From the NCBI GenBank assembly GCA_045636685.1, contig JAZTXZ010000065.1, positions 1 through 56,138 of the forward strand: a DNA stretch of 56,138 nt. Reading direction: 5' to 3'. Below are positions 38,516 through 46,460 of this stretch, in pieces. Numbering within the stretch: the stretch's first letter is position 1; every line of letters starts with the position of its first letter. The translations under genes were made by a program, and so were the position numbers. Origin of the DNA: Candidatus Avispirillum sp. (GTDB lineage: Bacteria > Bacillota > Clostridia > Oscillospirales > CAG-272). The notes beneath the pieces were generated by a model that made no database searches, was not told the DNA's origin, and saw only the letters and a program-made list of their open reading frames with translations.

Positions 38516-41500
38516 ATGAAACCTATTATATTGTTAATATTGGTATGTATAATTGAATTTCTGTTAGCTCCGAAAAAAGAGTATAGATACCGAAATATCG
38601 ATTCTTTGATTGCAGCATTTTTTGTATGGATGGTTGAGATTATTTCTGATATTTTGATATCAATAATCTATCCTGATCTTCAAAATGTTGAGTTATTCTT
38701 CTATCTTGTAATTGCAATACAGGCAATAATCATTATAGGAACTAAACTGATCTCCAAAAGCAATGATTCCTTGGTTAAATACGGAATTCCTCCTAAATAC
38801 ACTGAAGGATTTCGATCTTCTTTTATAGGTGGATTCTACGATTTTGATAAAAGTACTCCCATAGTTTATTCCAAAGGTTTTGTCAATCCTTTGGGAATAT
38901 CGGTTTTGTGCAGTACTGTCATTCTTGCATGTGTCTTCGTATGGCAATCCTATACTTATGATTTGTCAGGAAATACATTGCTTCTTCCTTATTCTTATGC
39001 AGGATTGCTTTCCATTTTGGTTGAGTTTGCGGTATTTTGTCTCGGTGAATCAAAATGGGAGAATCTTCTTAAAAGATACAGAAGCCGTAAGAATTGCACC
39101 AATAAAAGAGAATATGCTAAATCAAGATATTCAGCAGTTGAAAAGTATGGCTATATATTTCTGAAAAACTTTATATATGAGCCTATGAGTATCAACAGGG
39201 CTACTAAGTTCAACTGGAAATCGGATGCATTTAAAAGTTCAATAGTATACTATAATTTTAGTGATCATTCAGAAAGTGAATATACAAGCCAGGAGCATAA
39301 TGCTGCACTTGAATCATTCATTTCGCTTAATAATCTCAGGGTTAACGAGTACTATGTTGCTGCTTACAATCTTATAGACCGAGATCAGAATGTTTTGATC
39401 AAGACACCTTCATATGTTGAGTTTGAGCCTTATCTTGTTTCAATGATAAAGCTCAAAGTTGCAAAAACACAAAAGGTTGTAATGATAGTGAGCAATGATG
39501 AGAAAAAGCAGGCCATTGTTCAGAAGATCAAAGGGGCATTTAACGAGTATTTTGGTTTTGACAGTATTCCTCTTATCACTGAGATCGGTGAATATGCGGA
39601 TATAGAAGAGAGGAAAGCAAAACAAAAAAAGGCTCCTGAGCCACGCAGTGCTCGATCACATCTTGATGCAATTATTCAGAGTAATATCATCAAAGAAGAA
39701 GAGCCGGTCATACCCATAAAGTCTCCGGATGTTGTTATAGCAACATCAGAGGATGTATGTGATCCTGAATATATAGAGCATATAAAAACAATCGTTAAGA
39801 ATCTTGGCTTGATAGTATATTACGATTTTGGCGATTCTGTCCAGGAAGAAACACTTTTTGCCAAAATAGTTCATGCTGTTCTTGATTATGACGATAAAGT
39901 GCCTACACTCTATATGTCTGACGGATTTTTCGATCTGGAGCAGGTCGTAGATAACTTTTTTTCAAAGAGAAATCTGTATAGGATCGTTGTTCCGAGAAAA
40001 CCTTCGAAAGAAAGCTATATAACCGGTTGGAAATCGGAAACTTTAGCTGAGATTCAATCCAGGACAGAACCGGATGCATCAAGAAATATCGGCAATCATA
40101 TCCCTGTTCTGTACGATTGTACAGGTCATACACAAAATGACATGATGATCGTAGAGGACGAATATGACACTTATGCTGAGAATATGTCCAATTTTTCCGG
40201 TTCTAATATTGCACATCGCTTTGACCATCATGTTGGATGGACAGATGTTATTGGTGGAAACAGTGTGATTTGTTCTGTTTCGGACACATATAACAATGCA
40301 GCTCATACATACTTAGCTATGCAGGGTGTAGGCGAAGCAAGTGAATATATCAATATAATTTCAAGACCATATCTGCTCAGAAACTATTTGATGTATCATT
40401 TGAGATATTTTGCTTTAAACCCCGGAGTGTTGTCATCATATTCACCAGGAATGATCAAAACTTCTCGTGCAATATCTTATGAGGCCGTCATCAAGGCTTT
40501 CATAACCGGATGTACTGAAGAACAGATAGAATTGTACATCCAGCAGACATCTCTCCCTGCCATCGGAACACCTGAGGAAAGACTTGAGTCACTTGTTAAG
40601 TGTGCTTTAGGCGGGAAGGCTTCTGTAGCTCCAATAATTACAAAGGATAGTAAAGAACGTTATTATATCGATAAGGATACCTATTCCTGCATTATAGAAA
40701 AGAGCGGGTTGATAGAAAAAATCGAGTTTGTTAATAATAATCAAACTTTTCTTCGTAACAGACGGGATTACAGCTATTTGATACCTCATCAGAAAATTGT
40801 TATCAACGGTATTAAATATACAGTAGAGGCTATCAAAGGAAATCGTGTTGAGATCACTGACTCAAATATTCGAGAGCCTATGTACATTACAAGACCTGTG
40901 CGTACTTGTAATATAAGAGTACAAGAGGAAGAGAACTATGGAAACATAATACAGAACAGCAGTGATACCTCTATTAGCTTCAAAAGATTTGTATGTGATG
41001 TTTCTCTGGACGTATATGGCACTATCATATTTAAAAACAGCTATCATCCGTTCTTTGATGATGAAAGATTTGATTATCAAAAATCATCCGTAAAACAACA
41101 CAGAGAATACGATGATGTTAATGTTTTCTGTATAAAGATAGGAAGCCCCTATATCAACAGCTCAAACCGAACCGAGATAGAGCATTTGTTTGCATTGCTT
41201 ATCAATGAAATGCTCCCAACATTTTTCCCGAAGCATTCTGAGAAAATAATTATCGGATGCAACGGTTGGGTGATAGATCCTGAAATCGGAAACATCATGC
41301 CCAAAACAAAGCATATGATTGCACAAATGAATATAGACGGCATGGAAATGCTGGCTGAAAATGAGATGTGCATCTATGTTCTTGAGGATTCTCCTCTTGA
41401 GACGGGTTTGGTCAACGTATTTTGGCAGGATGAAGAGTTCCGATATATGTTAAAGGTACTTGAAGATTACCTGTATTATCAGGAAACAATACGCAGACAG

Positions 41501-42610
41501 GAGCAGAAGGAATTATTCAGCAAAAATTATAAAGAACATCTGCATCTGCTGAGAAAGATACTTTTGAAGGCAGCAAATGAAACTGTTGAATTCCGCTCAT
41601 CAAGAGATGATTTTGATGTGATGAATTTTAACAGTATCAGAGCTTCGCGTAACAAGTACAATAATATTGATATCAGCAGGAACTTTAATCTTACCTGTGA
41701 TATATGTGGTAAACCCATAATCCGAACATCTTCTCAGAAGGTTGACTATCATTTTTACTCGTATTCTGGCATGGTCAGCTGTATGAACTGCTTCAGTCAG
41801 GCTGTATGCGCGGAAAAGTATTCCCAGGCTGATATAAATGTTCTTGAGGAAACGATCAACAGATGGTTTATGTCCAAATACAACGAGTCTGTCGAAGGAG
41901 GATTTTATAATTATCTGGAGGATGCAGAATTTCTCAATGATCTGGTGGTTGAGCATAACGGTGATCAGAACAGATATATCGTGACTGACGATGCCGATAT
42001 GGACGGTGTATACGGATTGAGCCTTAGTAAGCCTTCTGTTAAGAGCTCAGTCATTTCTTCTCCCAATGCTGAAGGCATTCCTGTAACTATGGGTGACAGT
42101 GGAGTTGAGGTCTATGATAGGGTCCGTTCAGGTTATTATGTTGACGATAACGGTATTCCATTTATTTTTATCCGTGACGGACTTCCGTATAAGAAATATA
42201 TGGGTGTGCTGTGTCACGAGATGACTCACCAGTGGCAGTACGCAAACCTGGATTTTGAGAAGCTTGCAATAGGCGTTCCCAGCGGAAGATCCGATGAATT
42301 CGGCAAGAACATTGATCTTACTTCTATGCGTATTGAAGGCCATGCAGAATGGGAACGAATGCGTTATCTTAGTGCACACGGAACTAATACAGCTCCTTTG
42401 AAAAGGAAGTTGGCAGCTACACAGAATAGTTACGGCATCGGATATGTATGGATGAAAAACATGATGAAGGTCGGACATGATGATTATAGGATTCCTGCTA
42501 ACAGAACTTTCAAATTCATAATGAAGAGGAATTTCTATCAGTTTACAAAGAATTCCTTTGCTTTGATGAAGCTTTACTTCGGAATTAAACCGCCTGACGA
42601 AGAGAATTAA
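38516..42610 (+). CDS. giant polytopic protein with Cys4 zinc ribbon and C-terminal HExxH zincin-like domain (1364 aa)
   Basis: ATG 38516 follows GAGGAGAG and lies 1 nt after the upstream stop. About 5-6 N-terminal TM helices. CDICGKP...CMNCFSQAVC. VLCHEMTHQWQY...EGHAEWE near the C-terminus. Confidence 0.65.
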   Translation: MKPIILLILVCIIEFLLAPKKEYRYRNIDSLIAAFFVWMVEIISDILISIIYPDLQNVELFFYLVIAIQAIIIIGTKLISKSNDSLVKYGIPPKYTEGFRSSFIGGFYDFDKSTPIVYSKGFVNPLGISVLCSTVILACVFVWQSYTYDLSGNTLLLPYSYAGLLSILVEFAVFCLGESKWENLLKRYRSRKNCTNKREYAKSRYSAVEKYGYIFLKNFIYEPMSINRATKFNWKSDAFKSSIVYYNFSDHSESEYTSQEHNAALESFISLNNLRVNEYYVAAYNLIDRDQNVLIKTPSYVEFEPYLVSMIKLKVAKTQKVVMIVSNDEKKQAIVQKIKGAFNEYFGFDSIPLITEIGEYADIEERKAKQKKAPEPRSARSHLDAIIQSNIIKEEEPVIPIKSPDVVIATSEDVCDPEYIEHIKTIVKNLGLIVYYDFGDSVQEETLFAKIVHAVLDYDDKVPTLYMSDGFFDLEQVVDNFFSKRNLYRIVVPRKPSKESYITGWKSETLAEIQSRTEPDASRNIGNHIPVLYDCTGHTQNDMMIVEDEYDTYAENMSNFSGSNIAHRFDHHVGWTDVIGGNSVICSVSDTYNNAAHTYLAMQGVGEASEYINIISRPYLLRNYLMYHLRYFALNPGVLSSYSPGMIKTSRAISYEAVIKAFITGCTEEQIELYIQQTSLPAIGTPEERLESLVKCALGGKASVAPIITKDSKERYYIDKDTYSCIIEKSGLIEKIEFVNNNQTFLRNRRDYSYLIPHQKIVINGIKYTVEAIKGNRVEITDSNIREPMYITRPVRTCNIRVQEEENYGNIIQNSSDTSISFKRFVCDVSLDVYGTIIFKNSYHPFFDDERFDYQKSSVKQHREYDDVNVFCIKIGSPYINSSNRTEIEHLFALLINEMLPTFFPKHSEKIIIGCNGWVIDPEIGNIMPKTKHMIAQMNIDGMEMLAENEMCIYVLEDSPLETGLVNVFWQDEEFRYMLKVLEDYLYYQETIRRQEQKELFSKNYKEHLHLLRKILLKAANETVEFRSSRDDFDVMNFNSIRASRNKYNNIDISRNFNLTCDICGKPIIRTSSQKVDYHFYSYSGMVSCMNCFSQAVCAEKYSQADINVLEETINRWFMSKYNESVEGGFYNYLEDAEFLNDLVVEHNGDQNRYIVTDDADMDGVYGLSLSKPSVKSSVISSPNAEGIPVTMGDSGVEVYDRVRSGYYVDDNGIPFIFIRDGLPYKKYMGVLCHEMTHQWQYANLDFEKLAIGVPSGRSDEFGKNIDLTSMRIEGHAEWERMRYLSAHGTNTAPLKRKLAATQNSYGIGYVWMKNMMKVGHDDYRIPANRTFKFIMKRNFYQFTKNSFALMKLYFGIKPPDEEN

Positions 42611-42662
42611 GGCAAATCGGAAGAAGGCAACATATAAGCAAAATTAAAAATAAGGCGAATAA

Positions 42663-42700
42663 AAAACCTCTGGAGCCGTTTGGCTTCAGAGGTTTTTTTA
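42663..42700. terminator. bidirectional intrinsic terminator between convergent genes
   Basis: Stem CCTCTGGAGCC/GGCTTCAGAGG (one G-U pair), flanked by A6 and T7. Confidence 0.8.
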
Positions 42701-42719
42701 TTAATTACTTTGCTTTTAA

Positions 42720-44273
42720 TTAGTCATCGAGCTTACGCTCCATCTCAGCCTTCTGAACCTCGGGATCGAAGTTGTACATAGGCTCGATATCCTCGCCCTT
42801 CTTGACTCTTCTGAGGTAGTTGTTTGTGATCTTAACAACAAGGGGAGAAAGAGCAAGAACACCGATAAGGTTGGGGATCATCATAAGTCCGTTGAATGTA
42901 TCGGAGATATCCCATGCAAGAGAGGATGTGAGGACAGCGCCGAAGATAACAGTACAAACGTGGATGATACGGAATACGAATGTTGTCTTTGCGCCGAAGA
43001 GATATTCCCAGGCCTTGGAGCCGTAGTGAGACCAGCCGAGAACAGTAGTGAATGCGAAGAGGAACATAGCAATGGCGATGAACTTTTCACCGATATTGCC
43101 CCAGGAGAATACAGAGTTGAACGCGCCGCCGACGAGAGTTGCATCTGTGTAACCCTCTGAGATCTCACCTGTGATAACGTTGAATACGCCGCCGTCAAGA
43201 CCGCCTGCTGTGAGGATAACGAGAGCTGTCATTGTGCAGACTACCATAGTATCTGCAAATACCTCGAAGATACCCCACATACCCTGCTTTACAGGCTCCT
43301 TAATGCTGGAATTGGAGTGAACCATAACGGAGGAACCGAGACCTGCTTCATTTGAGAATACTCCTCGTTTGAAGCCCTGTGTGATTACCTTACCAACGAT
43401 AGCACCGATACCTCCGCCAACGAATGCTTCAGGCTTGAATGCGTTAACGAAGATAGCCTTGAATGCAGGGAGAATGTTTGCATAGTTTATACCGATGATA
43501 ACAAGGCTTCCTGCAACGAAGAGAATTACCATGAAGGGAACAATCTTTTCTGCAACGTTTGCGATTCTCTTAAGACCGCCGAGAGTGATAAGAGCTGTGA
43601 GAAGCATAATAAGTGCGCCGAGGATGATATTGTAAAGGGAAACACCGGAGAATACCTCGACAGAGGAAAGGGCGGAAACGTCAAATGCCTGAGCAACGTT
43701 TGTAACTATTTTATTTACCTGACCCATGCTTCCGATACCGAAGGATGCAAGCATAGTGAAGATACAGAAGAGGATTGCGAGGGTCTTGCCGACGTATTTC
43801 ATACCCTTCTTTTTACCGAGACCGTCTGTAAGGTAGTGCATTGCACCGCCGGACCACTCGCCGGCTTCATTCTTTCTGCGGTAGTAGATACCGAGAACGT
43901 TCTCTGCGTAGTTTGTCATCATACCGAAGAATGCGGCGATCCACATCCAGAAAACGGCACCTGCGCCGCCGATGCAGATAGCAGCGGCAACACCTGCGAT
44001 GTTACCTGTACCTACAGTTGCAGCGAGGGCAGTACAAAGAGCCTGGAAGGGAGAGATTGATCCCTTTTCCTTTGTGTGCTTGATAACGTCCTTTTTGAAA
44101 AGGCTTCCGAGTGTGTTCTTGAACCAAAGACCGATGTGGGAGATCTGGAAGAATTTTGTGAGCACGGTAACGATAATACCTGTGCCGATGAGAAGAAGCA
44201 GACCGAAAGCGCCCCAAACAATGCTGTTGATCTCGCCGTTAACGCTTTCGATGGCCTTTAAGATTTTGTCCAT
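42720..44273 (-). CDS. alanine/glycine:cation symporter (AGCS family)
   Basis: About 517 aa and polytopic. The pattern ISPFQALCTALAATVGTGNIAGVA is the AGCS signature region. ATG 44273 has GGAGG upstream. The upstream in-frame extension overlaps the riboswitch terminator. Confidence 0.9.
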   Translation of the reverse strand: MDKILKAIESVNGEINSIVWGAFGLLLLIGTGIIVTVLTKFFQISHIGLWFKNTLGSLFKKDVIKHTKEKGSISPFQALCTALAATVGTGNIAGVAAAICIGGAGAVFWMWIAAFFGMMTNYAENVLGIYYRRKNEAGEWSGGAMHYLTDGLGKKKGMKYVGKTLAILFCIFTMLASFGIGSMGQVNKIVTNVAQAFDVSALSSVEVFSGVSLYNIILGALIMLLTALITLGGLKRIANVAEKIVPFMVILFVAGSLVIIGINYANILPAFKAIFVNAFKPEAFVGGGIGAIVGKVITQGFKRGVFSNEAGLGSSVMVHSNSSIKEPVKQGMWGIFEVFADTMVVCTMTALVILTAGGLDGGVFNVITGEISEGYTDATLVGGAFNSVFSWGNIGEKFIAIAMFLFAFTTVLGWSHYGSKAWEYLFGAKTTFVFRIIHVCTVIFGAVLTSSLAWDISDTFNGLMMIPNLIGVLALSPLVVKITNNYLRRVKKGEDIEPMYNFDPEVQKAEMERKLDD

Positions 44274-44309
44274 TGAAAATGAACCTCCTGTGAGAAAAAT
44301 AGTCAACCG

Positions 44310-44350
44310 AACAAAACAAAAATCACCGCTGTCCAAATGGATAGCGGTGA
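44310..44350 (-). terminator. riboswitch expression-platform terminator
   Basis: On the minus strand: TCACCGCTATCC-ATTT-GGACAGCGGTGA followed by TTTTTGTTTTG. Confidence 0.7.
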
Positions 44351-44417
44351 GAAAGAGAAAGCGATATAACAAGTAACGATATAACAGGGATATGGGAATT
44401 CCGTGCTAATAGTTGAT

Positions 44418-44574
44418 CTGTCCTTTTGCCTGAGAGATTGTGGTATTAACCTTTGCCCCTTCGGCATCCGCGCATGGCGAACTTCTCCAGATTGCTATCC
44501 GTCAGCAGTCTTCGTCTTGCGACACCCGAGAGTATTACCCCTTTGGAAAGGCTTTCGCCTTATCTCCTGCTGAT
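44418..44574 (-). promoter_or_regulatory. tandem glycine riboswitch (two aptamers)
   Basis: On the minus strand, aptamer 1 is CAGCAGGAGA...AAAGGGGTAA...CTCGGGTGTCGCAAGAC..CTGCTG. Aptamer 2 is CTGGAGAAG...GCCGAAGGGGCAA...CTCTCAGGCAAAAGGACAG. These are the conserved glycine-aptamer cores, upstream of an AGCS transporter gene. Confidence 0.85.
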
Positions 44575-44605
44575 TTCATTTAGCTCTATTCAGTTTAACG
44601 CGATT

Positions 44606-44634
44606 ATGATACTACTTTCCGACAGGAATGTCAA
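44606..44634 (-). promoter_or_regulatory. sigma-A type promoter for the riboswitch-AGCS unit
   Basis: On the minus strand: TTGACA-17 nt-TATCAT. Confidence 0.55.
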
Positions 44635-44663
44635 GAGTGTTGCAGCTTTTTATAAAACTTTTT

Positions 44664-46460
44664 TCAGTTAAACTGAGAGTGATACAGAGAATGGTAAAAT
44701 CCGCCCTTTTGTATAAGTTCTTCGTGGTTGCCTTGCTCTATAATAGCGCCGTCTTTAACAACCAGAATGGTATCTGCGTTCTGAATTGTCGAAAGCCTGT
44801 GTGCTATTATAAAACAGGTCTTGTTTTCCATAAGTGCCGTCATAGCGCTTTGTATCTGTATTTCTGTGCGTGAGTCTACGTTTGATGTGGCCTCGTCAAG
44901 AATAAGGATAGGAGCCTTTGAAAGGAAAGCGCGTGCAATGGTTATGAGCTGCTTTTGTCCTTTGGATATATTAACACCGTCATCTGAGAGCACCGTATCG
45001 TATCCGTCGGGCAGACTTTCGATATAAGTGTCTATCTTTGCGCTCCTTGCCGCGGCGTATACTTCCTCTCTTGTGGCGTTTTCTCTGCCGTAAACTATAT
45101 TATCATAAATAGTTCCGCAGAAAAGCCATGTATCCTGAAGCACCATATTAAATGCAAGACGAAGTTCTGATCGCTTTATGTCTTCCAAAGGAATGCCATC
45201 AATAAGTATATCTCCGCTCAGTGTATCGTAAAAGCGCATAAGGAGATTGATGATCGTGGTCTTTCCCGCTCCAGTAGGGCCGACGATCGCTACAGTCTGG
45301 CCTTTTTTCGCATTTACGGATACGTTTTTTAAAACTGTTTTATCCTCAGTATATCCGAATGTGACGTTGTCAAGACAAACGTCGCCATGAATATCCTTCA
45401 AGTCCTTTGCATCTGCCACGTCAGCCGGTTCACTTTCTTCGTCAAGTATGGCAAAAACACGCTCCGCCGCAGAGAAGGCAGACTGGATCTCGTGAAGAAT
45501 ATTGGAAAACTCATTGATAGGTCCTGCGAATTTTCTCGAATACTGAACGAACTGTGCAACACCGCCGAGGGTGATGAAAAAGATAGAGGCAGCAAGGAAT
45601 GTGCCGTTCTGAGAGTACATATAAAGGATACCGCCCATAATGGCAACAAGGGTGAGTGAAATATTGTTAATGAGATTTATCGTCGGGAAGAGAAGAGCTC
45701 CGTTGTATTCCGCTTTATAGAAGGCGTCCATTGCCTCGTCGTTTATTTTGTTGAAACGTGAGGATATAACTTCCTCTCTTCCGTAGGCTGATATGGTACG
45801 TGAGCCAGTCAGCATTTCTTCTGCAAAACCGTTGAGCTGGCCGTATTTCTTTGATCTTTTACTGAAAAGAGGGCGAACCTTTTTAGAACGGTATCTTGTA
45901 AAGATAATGGATACCGGAACAGTAAGTACGAATATGAGTATCATTGGCTTTGAAATTTGCCACATGAAGATAAGAGAGCCAACGACAGTGTAAATGCTTG
46001 TCAGTATCTGAACAAGATCGTGGGAAAGAGTGCTGTTGATTGTATCGATATCATAAGAAAGATGGCTGATGATATCGCCGGTGGCATTTTTGTCAAAAAA
46101 GCTTACGGGAAGGGTAGTCAGCTTTTCGAACACCTGCTTTCGCATCTTATATATGATTCTCTGGCTGAGATGGATCATAACAACGGAGAGAACGTATGAA
46201 AGAAGGGCTGAAATAAGATAACAGGCAAGCATATAAACAATGTTTTCGAAAACTGCACTATAATCTACTCCTCCTGAAAGCTCGATTGCATCAATGGCTG
46301 CTCCCGAATATCGGGGACCCAAAAGAGACAGCTGATTTGAGACAAGGGTAAGTATGAGAGCAATTATAAATAGGGGCCATTGCTGTAGAACGTATTTGCT
46401 GAGCCTTATAAATATGCGCTTTTTGCTTCTTTGCTTTTTGTTGTCAGTCAAGGAAAGCAC
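44664..46460 (-). CDS. ABC exporter half-transporter (TMD-NBD), partner with degenerate signature motif
   Basis: 598 aa. Walker A GPTGAGKTT and Walker B ILILDEATS. The ABC signature reads ISKGQKQ instead of LSGGQ. Confidence 0.9.
   Translation of the reverse strand: MLSLTDNKKQRSKKRIFIRLSKYVLQQWPLFIIALILTLVSNQLSLLGPRYSGAAIDAIELSGGVDYSAVFENIVYMLACYLISALLSYVLSVVMIHLSQRIIYKMRKQVFEKLTTLPVSFFDKNATGDIISHLSYDIDTINSTLSHDLVQILTSIYTVVGSLIFMWQISKPMILIFVLTVPVSIIFTRYRSKKVRPLFSKRSKKYGQLNGFAEEMLTGSRTISAYGREEVISSRFNKINDEAMDAFYKAEYNGALLFPTINLINNISLTLVAIMGGILYMYSQNGTFLAASIFFITLGGVAQFVQYSRKFAGPINEFSNILHEIQSAFSAAERVFAILDEESEPADVADAKDLKDIHGDVCLDNVTFGYTEDKTVLKNVSVNAKKGQTVAIVGPTGAGKTTIINLLMRFYDTLSGDILIDGIPLEDIKRSELRLAFNMVLQDTWLFCGTIYDNIVYGRENATREEVYAAARSAKIDTYIESLPDGYDTVLSDDGVNISKGQKQLITIARAFLSKAPILILDEATSNVDSRTEIQIQSAMTALMENKTCFIIAHRLSTIQNADTILVVKDGAIIEQGNHEELIQKGGFYHSLYHSQFN

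Noticed and set aside
44274-44372. The N-terminal extension of the AGCS ORF (ORF-track start 44372) and the small ORFs at 44453-44671 (+), 44002-44221 (-) and 44628-44873 (+).
   Set aside because: The extension and the 44453-44671 ORF overlap the riboswitch terminator or aptamers and lack an RBS. ATG 44273 has a GGAGG at the proper distance. The remaining small ORFs lie within or antisense to well-supported genes.
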